64,000 nucleotides of DNA, from contig CAYQJX010000002.1 of NCBI GenBank assembly GCA_964417965.1, positions 80,486 to 144,485 on the forward strand, given 5' to 3'. Shown here in pieces: positions 35,209 through 43,739 of the stretch (its first letter is position 1; every line of letters begins with the position of its first letter). Under the pieces are notes generated by a model. It searched no databases. It worked only from the letters and a program-made list of their open reading frames with translations, and had not been told where the DNA came from. The position numbers and the translations under genes were made by a program. The stretch comes from an uncultured Elusimicrobiaceae bacterium (lineage in GTDB: Bacteria; Elusimicrobiota; Elusimicrobia; Elusimicrobiales; UBA9959).

Positions 35209-36149
35209 TCCCCGTAGTCATACTTACCGCCGGCAGCGGCAAGCGCCTGGGCGAGGCGGGAAAACGTTTCCCGAAAGCCCTGCTGCCGGTCGGCGACTCC
35301 ACTCTGCTGGAAATGCACCTCAGGGCTTTCCTGGCCGCCGGCAGCCGCCGTTTCGTGATCGTCACGGATCCTGCCGACCGCTCCGTGGAGACCGCCGCCC
35401 GCGCCGCGCTGGCCGGCACCGGCTCCGAACTTTTTATAGCGCCGCAGGCCGAGCGCCTCGGCATCGGCCACGCCGCCTCCCTGGCCGCTCCGTGGCTGGC
35501 GGGGGGGGCCTTCGCGCTGGTACTGGGCGACACTTACTATTCGACGCCGCGTTTTTCCGGCGCCGTTAAGACCGTCGCCGAGGGGCGCGCGGACGCCGTG
35601 CTTTCCGTGCGCAGCGTGGAGGACGAAGCGGCCATCCTGAAGGAGTGCACGATAGCCCAGGACGATACCGGGCGCGTGCTTAAGATCATAGAGAAGCCGG
35701 CTCGCGCGCTCAGCCTGGTCAAACCCTGCGGCGTCTACTTTTTTGGCCCGCTCTTCCTGCCGGCCCTGGCGGCGACGCGCCCTTCCGCCCTGCGCGGCGA
35801 GATAGAGCTTACCGACGCGATACAGAACCTCATCTCGGCCGGCGGCCTGGTCACCGCCATGGAGACGCTCTCTCTGGACGTAAATATCACCTATCCGGAA
35901 GATATCGTAAAGGCCAACGCCGCCTGGTTGGGGGAGCGCGGCCTGCGGAGTTTCGCCCACCCCGGCGCCGAGGTGGGCCCGGGCGCGGAACTTGAAAATT
36001 CAGTGGCGGCGCGCGGCTCCTTTGTCGGGGCCGGCGCCAGGGTTAAGGATTCCGTCGTCTTCCCCGGCGGCCGGGTGGCGGCCGGCGCGGAGATCTCCGG
36101 TTCGCTGGTCCTGGAGGACCTTATTCTGCCGGCGGGCGGCCAGGCATGA
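35205..36149 (+). CDS. Sugar-phosphate nucleotidyltransferase with C-terminal hexapeptide-repeat domain
   Basis: The start at 35205 (ATGA overlap) gives MIPVVILTAGSGKRLGEAGKRFPKALLPVG. The C-terminal LbH repeats are GAEVGPGAELENSVAARGSFVGAGARVKDSVVFPGGRV. Confidence 0.8.
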   Translation: MIPVVILTAGSGKRLGEAGKRFPKALLPVGDSTLLEMHLRAFLAAGSRRFVIVTDPADRSVETAARAALAGTGSELFIAPQAERLGIGHAASLAAPWLAGGAFALVLGDTYYSTPRFSGAVKTVAEGRADAVLSVRSVEDEAAILKECTIAQDDTGRVLKIIEKPARALSLVKPCGVYFFGPLFLPALAATRPSALRGEIELTDAIQNLISAGGLVTAMETLSLDVNITYPEDIVKANAAWLGERGLRSFAHPGAEVGPGAELENSVAARGSFVGAGARVKDSVVFPGGRVAAGAEISGSLVLEDLILPAGGQA

Positions 36150-37615
36150 AGAAGAACCTGGTCCTGGTCCAGCCGGGTATCGGCGACATGGACATGTTCC
36201 GCGACAAGCCCACGCCGCCGCTGGGGCTGCTCTGCGCCGCGTCCGTGGCCTGCCGCGAGTTCGAGGTGCGCGTGGTGGACCAGCGCCTACCCGGAGACTG
36301 GCGGGCCGCGCTGGCCGCGGCCATAGACGCCGATACGGCGGCGGTCTGCTTTACGGCCATGACCGGCCAGATGATCACCCGCGCCCTCGAGGCCGCCGGC
36401 GAAGCGCGCCGGCTCACGGCCGCGCCGCTGGTCTGGGGCGGCATCCACGCCTCGCTGCTGCCGGAGCAGGCGGCGGCCCATGAGCTCGTTGATTACGTGG
36501 TGGAAGGCGAAGGGGAGAACGCGCTGGCGGAACTCGCCCGCCGCCTGGCCGCCGGCGCCGACACGGCCGGCATACCGGGGGTCTGGTTCAAGCGCGGCGG
36601 CCGGCCCTCGGCCCCGGCCCCCCAGGAACTCCTCGACGTGAACGCCCTGCCGCCCGTCCCCTACCACCTGGTGGACATGGAGCGCTACGCCCAGACCTAT
36701 AACGGGCGGCGCATGTTCTTCTACCAGTCCAGCCGCGGCTGCCCCTGCCGCTGCGCCTACTGCTATAACCGCGCCTTCAGCCGCGGCCGCCTGCGCGCCA
36801 AGCGCGCGGACCTGGTGCTGCGGGAGATCAAAGAGCTCCGGGCCCGGTACGATTTTTCCCTCGTCTATCTGCTCGACGATAATTTTTTCATAGACCAGGG
36901 CCGGGCGATGGCTATCCTCAAAGGCCTGAAGGGGTTGGGCCTGGGCTGCGTGCTGCAGGGCGTGGATATAGAGACGCTCGCGAAGCTGAGCGACGCCGAC
37001 CTGGATTTCCTGGAGGAGGCCGGCGTGGTTCGGCTGGCCATCGGCGTGGAGTCCGGCGTGGACCGCGTGCGCCGCGAAATCCTCAATAAGTCCGGCAGCC
37101 TGGCGCTCGCGCGCGCCCAGGTGGCGCGGTTCAGGGGCCGCAGTATAGCGGTGCTCTGCTCTTTTATCGTCGGGCTGCCTACGGAGACGCGGGCGGAGAT
37201 ACGCGAGACCATGCGCGTCGGGATGGAGATCCTTAAGCTGGGCGATAATTTCCGCATCCCGCAGTTCTATATCTTCGCGCCCTACCCCGGCACCGAGATC
37301 TACGCCGGGCTGGAGAGGGAAGGGACAGCTTTCCCGGGCAGGCTCGAGGAGTGGGGCCGCTACGAGTGGGATTATTCGCACATGCACGAGGGGGATCCCT
37401 CGCTGAAGGATTTCCTGGAGCGCGCCTGCTTTGTCAGCAAGTTCCTCGACCGCAAGATGGACGACTACGGCGCCGGCTCGGCCGCGCTCAGGGCGCTGTA
37501 CTATCTGTACAGGCCGCTGGCCTGGTTCAGGCTTGAATATGGATTTTTAAAGCCGCTGCCCGAGCGCTGGGGCTACGGCCTGCTGAAGAATTTTTTTCGC
37601 GCAGCGCCTCACTGA
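36146..37615 (+). CDS. B12-binding-domain radical SAM enzyme
   Basis: PPLGLLCAAS..., VCFTAMTGQ..., PLVWGGIHASLLPE..., DYVVEGEGE, then SSRGCPCRCAYC. Confidence 0.85.
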   Translation: MKKNLVLVQPGIGDMDMFRDKPTPPLGLLCAASVACREFEVRVVDQRLPGDWRAALAAAIDADTAAVCFTAMTGQMITRALEAAGEARRLTAAPLVWGGIHASLLPEQAAAHELVDYVVEGEGENALAELARRLAAGADTAGIPGVWFKRGGRPSAPAPQELLDVNALPPVPYHLVDMERYAQTYNGRRMFFYQSSRGCPCRCAYCYNRAFSRGRLRAKRADLVLREIKELRARYDFSLVYLLDDNFFIDQGRAMAILKGLKGLGLGCVLQGVDIETLAKLSDADLDFLEEAGVVRLAIGVESGVDRVRREILNKSGSLALARAQVARFRGRSIAVLCSFIVGLPTETRAEIRETMRVGMEILKLGDNFRIPQFYIFAPYPGTEIYAGLEREGTAFPGRLEEWGRYEWDYSHMHEGDPSLKDFLERACFVSKFLDRKMDDYGAGSAALRALYYLYRPLAWFRLEYGFLKPLPERWGYGLLKNFFRAAPH

Positions 37616-38340
37616 AAGAAATAACCGCGCCGCAGGTATTTAAATAGCACGCCGGCGATCTCGGCCAGGTAAGGCAGCGGGGCCAGGCTGGAGGAGCCGG
37701 GGCCGTAATAGGCGGAGACGGGCACCTGGGCCACGCGCAGGCCGAGCTTGCCGGAGCAGAGCAGCATCTCCCCGTCGAAATGGAATTTGTCGGTCAGGGT
37801 GTCGAACCGGATGGCGCCCAGCGCTCCGGCCGAGTAGGCCAGGTAGCCGGTGTGGTACTCGGCGAAGTCCAGGCCGAACACCAGGTTCTCCAGGGCGGTG
37901 AGCCAGCGGTTGGCCCAGTAGCGCGCGAACGGCATGCCCTGCCGCCTGGCCTGACCGGACAGCAGCCGGGAGCCGACGCAGACGTCCGCGGCTCCGGAGA
38001 AAAGCGGAGCCGTCATGGCCGGGAGCTCTTCGGGAGCGTACTGTCCGTCGGCATGCAGCAGGACGGCCGCCCGGCAGCCGGATTCCAGCGCGGCCTTGAG
38101 GCCGGTTTTCTGCGCGGCGCCGTAGCCGCGGTTGGCCAGGTGGGGCAGCACGCGCAGGTCCAGGCCCAGCCTCTGTCCGGCGGCCGCGGCCGCCGCGGCG
38201 GTGCCGTCGGAGCTGCCGTCGTCCACCAGCAGCACGGCCGCGCGCGGCAGGCGCGGCAGCACGGCGGCCAGGCGTTCCAGGGTGGGCGCTACGCTTTTTG
38301 CCGAGTTGTAGGCGGGAATTATAATGGCGAGTTCTGACAT
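37609..38340 (-). CDS. Glycosyltransferase family 2 (polyprenol-phosphate sugar synthase-like)
   Basis: MSELAIIIPAYNSAKSV...LLVDDGSSDGT. 243 aa. Confidence 0.85.
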   Translation of the reverse strand: MSELAIIIPAYNSAKSVAPTLERLAAVLPRLPRAAVLLVDDGSSDGTAAAAAAAGQRLGLDLRVLPHLANRGYGAAQKTGLKAALESGCRAAVLLHADGQYAPEELPAMTAPLFSGAADVCVGSRLLSGQARRQGMPFARYWANRWLTALENLVFGLDFAEYHTGYLAYSAGALGAIRFDTLTDKFHFDGEMLLCSGKLGLRVAQVPVSAYYGPGSSSLAPLPYLAEIAGVLFKYLRRGYFFQ

Positions 38341-39985
38341 TAAAAATATTTTTTTTAAAATTTTAAAAAAGGCCCCGCTCCCGGCTGGGCCCCGGGCGGC
38401 CCTTTTTTACCTGATCGCCCCGGCGGCGGTAACTTTCGTTCAATTATATTATATACGTTCCGCGCACAGTTATCTCCTGTACCTGCTGCCGCTGCCGGCC
38501 TGGGCCGCGGCCGCGGCCGCCGTTCCGCTGCTGGTTTTAGAGTACGCGGCAACCAGAAAACTGGAGGCGAAACGCCTGGGCTCCGGGCCCCTGGTCTGGC
38601 TGCCGATGGCGGGCAGGATGGCGTTCCTGCTGCTGCTCTCGGCGCTGTTCTTCCTTTTCCCCATAACCGCCCACGGCCGGCCGGACATCTTCGCGCCGCT
38701 GGTCGGGCTCTGGCATTTCGTGGCCTGGATCCTGCTGTATGCCAGCCCGCTGCCGGCCTCGGCGCTGCTGGTCCTGCTGGGCGCGGCCTACTGGGCCCTG
38801 GTGTACCGCCGCTCCGCCTTCCGCCTGACCGTAACGCTGCTGCTGCCGGCCGCCGGCGCCGCCGTCCTGTTCGTCCTGCTTTACTTCTATCCCGGCGGCC
38901 CCCTGCGCGAACTGCGCTCCCGGCCGGCGGGCCTGGAGAAGGTTTTTCCGGCGGAGGGCTACGCCGGGGCCGAAGGTGAGCCTTGGCCGGAAGGGACGCT
39001 GCACCCCCACGAGGTTTACGCCGCCCCCGACGATTCCTGGGCCGCGCTCTCCTTCGGGGCCACCTTCGGGCGCGACACCGCCCCCCGGCCGAGCTTCGCC
39101 TGGGTGGACCTGCGCCGTCCTGAGTTCAGGGCTTTTTATGAGGGTTCACAGGTGCGGCGGTTCTCTTCGGAATGCCCCGGCCGGCTTTACTTCGCGCCCT
39201 GGCAGGCCTCCCACCTGCTGGAGTACGTTCCCGGCGCGGACACGGTAAAAAAGGTGCCGCTGCCGGCCTCTTTGGCCGGGTGGCCGGTGGAGGAACTCTT
39301 TGCCGTGCATAACGCCTGCGGCAGGGTGTACGCCGTCAACAACCTGAACCCCGCGCTGTTCGCGCTGGACGGTTCAGGAAAGCTGCTGAAGTCGTTATCC
39401 CTGCACGAGGCGGGCATCATTGGCAACGGCGCCGTGGTCTTCCAGGTGAAGCGCAACCCGCGCCGGCGCACGCTGCTGGTTTCGCTCTACGGCCAGGACC
39501 CGGAGACTAAGCCGGGCTTCCTGCGGCTGATGTGGTTCATGCAGTGGCTCGGCGTTCAGCCGGGGCGTCGCGTGCTGGAGTTCGACGAGAGCACCCTGGA
39601 GCTGAAAGGCGCCTCCGATCCCTCCCGGGCCTTCATGGACCTGGCGTTGTCGCCCGACGGCCGCCGGATCTACGCGCCGTCCATCTTCACGCGGGATATC
39701 TACATGCTGGACGCGGAGAATCTGAAGATAATAGGCAGGATCCACTCCCCGTTCCACGTGCGCAAACTGGAATTCTCGACGGACGGTAAATATCTTTACG
39801 CCGGGTCCTATCTGGGCGGTGATGTGGTGGTCTACGAGGTCTCTTCTTCCCGAAGGTTGGGGTCTTTCTACGTGACGCCCCGCATCGAAGGTTTGTCGGC
39901 GACTAAGAAATATCTCTACGCCGCCGGGGCCGGCGGCCTGTTCAGGATCTCCAACGATAAGATAATTCCCGCGCTGGGGCGCTAG
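38324..39985 (+). CDS. Multi-TM protein with C-terminal beta-propeller (YVTN-like) domain
   Basis: The N-terminal ~190 aa are hydrophobic. The C-terminus has repeats such as SPDGRRIYAPS...LEFSTDGKYLYAGSYLGGDVVVYEV. The start is uncertain: the ATG at 38324 overlaps the divergent GT2 start by 17 nt. Confidence 0.6.
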   Translation: MASSDIKNIFFKILKKAPLPAGPRAALFYLIAPAAVTFVQLYYIRSAHSYLLYLLPLPAWAAAAAAVPLLVLEYAATRKLEAKRLGSGPLVWLPMAGRMAFLLLLSALFFLFPITAHGRPDIFAPLVGLWHFVAWILLYASPLPASALLVLLGAAYWALVYRRSAFRLTVTLLLPAAGAAVLFVLLYFYPGGPLRELRSRPAGLEKVFPAEGYAGAEGEPWPEGTLHPHEVYAAPDDSWAALSFGATFGRDTAPRPSFAWVDLRRPEFRAFYEGSQVRRFSSECPGRLYFAPWQASHLLEYVPGADTVKKVPLPASLAGWPVEELFAVHNACGRVYAVNNLNPALFALDGSGKLLKSLSLHEAGIIGNGAVVFQVKRNPRRRTLLVSLYGQDPETKPGFLRLMWFMQWLGVQPGRRVLEFDESTLELKGASDPSRAFMDLALSPDGRRIYAPSIFTRDIYMLDAENLKIIGRIHSPFHVRKLEFSTDGKYLYAGSYLGGDVVVYEVSSSRRLGSFYVTPRIEGLSATKKYLYAAGAGGLFRISNDKIIPALGR

Positions 39986-41217
39986 CCGCGGCGTTTTGGC
40001 CGTGTGGCGGGCGGGGTGAGCCAGCGGGTGTAGAGGTAGCGTTTGTCGGTTCGGTTTCCCAGGGCTTTTTTAAAGAGGCTTTCCATAAGCTCCGCCAGGG
40101 ATGGCGCGTCCACCGGCCTCAGGCCGGTTTCTTTTTCCAGCCTCAGTCTTATCTCCTCATCCAGCTTCAGGTACCAGCTGAAAGCCTCTTCAAAGCGGCC
40201 TGCCCCGGCGTGGAGCAGCGCCCTGTTGGCCCTGGTCCAGTTGCCGTCGCCGGCGAAGGCGAGCTGCCGCAGCGCTTGCGCCCGGCGGCCCTGCCGCCGC
40301 AGGGCCTCGCAGTACCAGAGCCTGGCTTCGGCGTCCCCCGGCAGCAGGCGCACCGCCTGTCGCAGGAGGGCCAGGGCTTTGGCGGTCTTTCCGAGGCAGA
40401 GCCAGGCGGCGCCCAGCCAGCAGTAGGAAAAAACGCTCTTTTTTTTATTGGCCGCCCTGAGGTCCACGAGCGCCCCGCGGTAGTCGCCGTACAGGAGGCG
40501 CAGCTGGCCGCGCCACGCGGTTATGTCGGCCGAGTGCACCGGCGCGGCCTTCAGGGCCGCTGAAAAATCTTTAAGCCCTTCGGCCCGCCGGCCGGAGCAG
40601 ATACGGGTTTCCCCAAGCAGGCAGCGCGCCACCCAGTCCGCCCCGTCCGCGCGGACGGCGGCGTGCAGGTCTCCCTCCGCCTCGCGAAGGTCCCCGCCCA
40701 GGTTGAGCAGGGTCCAGCCGCGCTGGAAGCGCATCCAGCCATAGGCAGGCCCGGCCGGCCGGGCCTTGTTGAAAAATACCAGCGCCTCCTCCAGCCTGTT
40801 GAGCCGGCGGTGCAGCGCTCCAAGGTAATAATTCTTCCACGTTTCAGCCCCCGCGCCTGCCCTGAACCGGCGCAGGGAGCGGATATGCTCCTCGTAATAG
40901 CCGGGCGGGGGGGAAAAGCGGATGTCGATGAAGGGGTCTTTCAGCGGCAGCCGGTCCGAGCCCTTGAGCCGCAGTAGTTGTTCTCCGGCGGCGAAAGCCC
41001 GGGCGTACAGGCGCAGCTCCATCAGGGCCCGGAACAGCTTTTCAGGGTCCGCGGCCTGTCCCGCCGAGACGGCGAAACGCGCGAACAGCGCGCGCATGCC
41101 GGGGATGTCGCCGGCGTGGCCCCGGGTGACGGCCTGCTCGTAGAGCCCCTCCAGGCCGGAGCCGGAGCCGGGCGACAGCCTGCGGAGAAGTAGCTGGTTA
41201 ATTTTTACCGTGGGCAT
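39982..41217 (-). CDS. TPR-repeat protein (paralog of 60480..61892)
   Basis: Helical-repeat composition. Shares blocks with the second TPR gene (YGWMRFQRGW, AWRGQLRLLYGDYRGALVDL, YCWLGAAWLCLGK, ARLWYCEALR). Confidence 0.7.
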   Translation of the reverse strand: MPTVKINQLLLRRLSPGSGSGLEGLYEQAVTRGHAGDIPGMRALFARFAVSAGQAADPEKLFRALMELRLYARAFAAGEQLLRLKGSDRLPLKDPFIDIRFSPPPGYYEEHIRSLRRFRAGAGAETWKNYYLGALHRRLNRLEEALVFFNKARPAGPAYGWMRFQRGWTLLNLGGDLREAEGDLHAAVRADGADWVARCLLGETRICSGRRAEGLKDFSAALKAAPVHSADITAWRGQLRLLYGDYRGALVDLRAANKKKSVFSYCWLGAAWLCLGKTAKALALLRQAVRLLPGDAEARLWYCEALRRQGRRAQALRQLAFAGDGNWTRANRALLHAGAGRFEEAFSWYLKLDEEIRLRLEKETGLRPVDAPSLAELMESLFKKALGNRTDKRYLYTRWLTPPATRPKRRG

Positions 41218-41239
41218 GAAAGGGTGTCCCGCGCGGGGC

Positions 41240-42595
41240 TCAGCGCTGGCCCGGCCGCCGGGCTTTTTTCAGGTTGGCCAGGCCGCGGGCGATAACTTCA
41301 GGGCGGTAGAAGAGGCGCCGCACCAGCCCCCACATGTTATGCGGGAGCTTTAATTTACCGCCGGCCAACTCCGCGCCGGCGCGCCGGAGGGCGGCGGCCT
41401 CTGGAGCGAAGACTTTCAGGAAATCGGTTTTATGTTCCCGGCGGAAAACGGCCAGGTCTACCGCCAGATCGTCGGTGAACCTGGTCAGGGCCGAGTAGGT
41501 CATCTCGTCGGCGGGGCCGCAGAAGACGCCCCTGTCGGCCGGGCAAAGGCCGGAGCCGGCCCGCGCCAGCCAGCCGTCCCAGCCCGCGCGGTTTATGTAG
41601 CGGGCGGCGCCGAAAGCCCGCGAAACGGCCCCGGGCCCGAGGCCCAGCACCGAGCGCCGGCCGCTCAGGTCCGTGCTCTGGCGGTTGCGGGAATCCTTGG
41701 TGCGGCCCATCGAATCGGAATCTATCTTTATGTAGCCGGCGCGGGCCAGCAGGCGGAAACCTTCGGCGCGCAGCGCCTCCACGGCCCGCTCGTCGCCGGC
41801 CTTGCCGCCCGCCCGGGCGTGCGCGGTGTACGGGGTGTTGATGAAAGTGTTCAGGTGCACCTGGTCGGGCCCGAGTTTTATGATCTTCTTCAGGCCGGAG
41901 AGGAAGCTGGCGCGGTCCTGGCCGGGCAGGCCGCAGATGAGGTCGATGTTGACGCCGATCCCGCGGGCCTTCAGCGCGGCGTGCGCGGCGGCCACCTGGG
42001 CCAGGCCCTGCCGCCGGGTGTTGGCGCTGAGGACCTCCGCGTCCATCGACTGCACGCCGATGCAGACCCGGCTGACGCCGCAGTCCGCGTAGGCCGAAAG
42101 TTTTTCTTCCGTCACGTCGTCGGGGTGCAGCTCCAGCACGGTCTGCGCTCTCTCCGGCAGCCGGAAGCGGCGGCGCAGCAGGCCGAAGAATTCGCGCGTC
42201 TCGGCCGGCGTCATCATGGACGGCGTGCCGCCGCCGATGTAGAGAGTGGAAAAACGGATGTCCTTAAAAAGCGGAGCGTAGTAGGCGGCTTCCTTGTCCA
42301 GCGCGGACAGGTAGCGCCTGAACGAGGCGGTCCTCTTTTCGCCTGAAGAGCCGATGGGAGTGACGGGCAGGAAGCAGAAGCGGCAGCGGGCGCGGCAGAA
42401 CGGCACGTTGACGAACAGGCCGGCTTCTTTTGTGAACCCCAGGCTGCGCCCCCAGGCGGCTTTTATGCCGGCGCCCTGGCGGCCGAAATCCTGCCAGCTG
42501 CCGAAAGGCGGGTATTGCTCGGCATAGCCGGTGTAATCCAGGCGCCGCAGGGCCGCCAGGAAGGCGTCAAAAGCCTGTTCCGAGAGTTCCGCCAT
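41240..42595 (-). CDS. HemN-like radical SAM enzyme (coproporphyrinogen III oxidase family / class C-type)
   Basis: LFVNVPFCRARCRFCFLPV, LYIGGGTPSMMT and RVCIGVQSMD. 451 aa. Confidence 0.85.
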   Translation of the reverse strand: MAELSEQAFDAFLAALRRLDYTGYAEQYPPFGSWQDFGRQGAGIKAAWGRSLGFTKEAGLFVNVPFCRARCRFCFLPVTPIGSSGEKRTASFRRYLSALDKEAAYYAPLFKDIRFSTLYIGGGTPSMMTPAETREFFGLLRRRFRLPERAQTVLELHPDDVTEEKLSAYADCGVSRVCIGVQSMDAEVLSANTRRQGLAQVAAAHAALKARGIGVNIDLICGLPGQDRASFLSGLKKIIKLGPDQVHLNTFINTPYTAHARAGGKAGDERAVEALRAEGFRLLARAGYIKIDSDSMGRTKDSRNRQSTDLSGRRSVLGLGPGAVSRAFGAARYINRAGWDGWLARAGSGLCPADRGVFCGPADEMTYSALTRFTDDLAVDLAVFRREHKTDFLKVFAPEAAALRRAGAELAGGKLKLPHNMWGLVRRLFYRPEVIARGLANLKKARRPGQR

Positions 42596-42668
42596 AATTT
42601 CAGGCTTTAATTATATAATAATAATATCCCGGACCCCGTAAACGCCGGGAAGTCTGGCTTTGTCTTGA
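42596..42668. promoter_or_regulatory. AT-rich divergent promoter region
   Basis: Lies between divergent starts at 42595 (-) and 42669 (+). Contains ttaattatataataataatat, with tataat at 42614-42619. Confidence 0.35.
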
Positions 42669-43739
42669 ATGAACTCATTGCTTGAAAAGAACGTAAAGTT
42701 CGCGACCGGCAGAACGCCCGGCCTGAACAAGGCCGTCCTCGCGGCGCGCCTCGCCAATATCCGCTGGCCCGTCAGCCTTAAGGCCCGGGTCTGCGAGGTT
42801 ACCGTCAATTCCGCCTGCAACAACCGCTGCCTGTTCTGCTACGCCGAACCGGGCTCCTTCGCGAACGGCCCGGAGCCCTCTCTGGAAGAGATCTTCAAGG
42901 CCCTCTACACGGGCCGCCGGCAGGGCTGCTGGATAGCCGCCGTTATAGGCGGGGAACCGACGCTGCGCGGCGATATCGACAAGGTGGCCTCCTTCGCCCG
43001 GAAGGCCGGCTACTCCTGCATAAAACTCTGCACCAACGGCGCGCGCCTGGCCGACCCGGCCTACGCCCGCCGCATGGCGGCCGCCGGCTTCAACATGTTC
43101 GACGTCTCCCTGCACGGCCATACCGCCCGGCTGCATGACCGGCTGGTCGGCGTGCCGGGCGCTTTCGACAAGGCCGTGCGGGCCATACGCAATGTCCGGG
43201 AGCTGGGCCGCGAGGCCGGCACCAACCTGGTAATAAACGCGCTGAACTATAAGCAGTTCCCGGAGTTTATGGACTTCGCCTATAACGGCCTGGGCGTCAA
43301 CTATTTCAATATCATCTACGGGCATTACCGCGGCGTGATGGCCTGCAACGAGAAGCTGCTGCGCGTGAATATTTCCAAAACCCTGCCCTGCATAATCAAA
43401 GGGATGGAAGTCTTTAAAAAGTCCGGCGTTCCCGCGCTCAACCGCGTGCTGGTCAACTTTACCCCCTGCCTGCTGCCGCGCCATATGAACCTCCTGGCCG
43501 ACTGGGAGTCCGACATTTCAGAAGGCGATCCCCTGATGCCGGCCGACGGGGCCGTGGTGAACATGGCCGAGATGAAGAACCGGCAGAGCTGCAAGCCCGC
43601 CGGCTGCGCGCGCTGCGCTCTGGACGCGCGCTGCCGAGGTTTCGACGCCGAATATATAAAACTCGCCGGCGGCCGGGAGTTCAAGCCGCTGGCAAAAGCG
43701 CCGCGCTCTTTCGCGGTAAAGACCCTTTTTGAGATATGA
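42669..43739 (+). CDS. Small radical SAM enzyme, HxsC-like paralog 1 of 7
   Basis: CNNRCLFC, GGEPTLRGD, SLHGHTARLHDRLVGVPGAF. The C-terminus is CARCALDARCRGFDAEYIKLAGGREFKPL. Confidence 0.8.
   Translation: MNSLLEKNVKFATGRTPGLNKAVLAARLANIRWPVSLKARVCEVTVNSACNNRCLFCYAEPGSFANGPEPSLEEIFKALYTGRRQGCWIAAVIGGEPTLRGDIDKVASFARKAGYSCIKLCTNGARLADPAYARRMAAAGFNMFDVSLHGHTARLHDRLVGVPGAFDKAVRAIRNVRELGREAGTNLVINALNYKQFPEFMDFAYNGLGVNYFNIIYGHYRGVMACNEKLLRVNISKTLPCIIKGMEVFKKSGVPALNRVLVNFTPCLLPRHMNLLADWESDISEGDPLMPADGAVVNMAEMKNRQSCKPAGCARCALDARCRGFDAEYIKLAGGREFKPLAKAPRSFAVKTLFEI

Noticed and set aside
42611-42823. 70-aa minus-strand ORF in the divergent promoter region.
   Set aside because: It overlaps the 5' end of the HxsC-like gene in antisense and has no supporting features.
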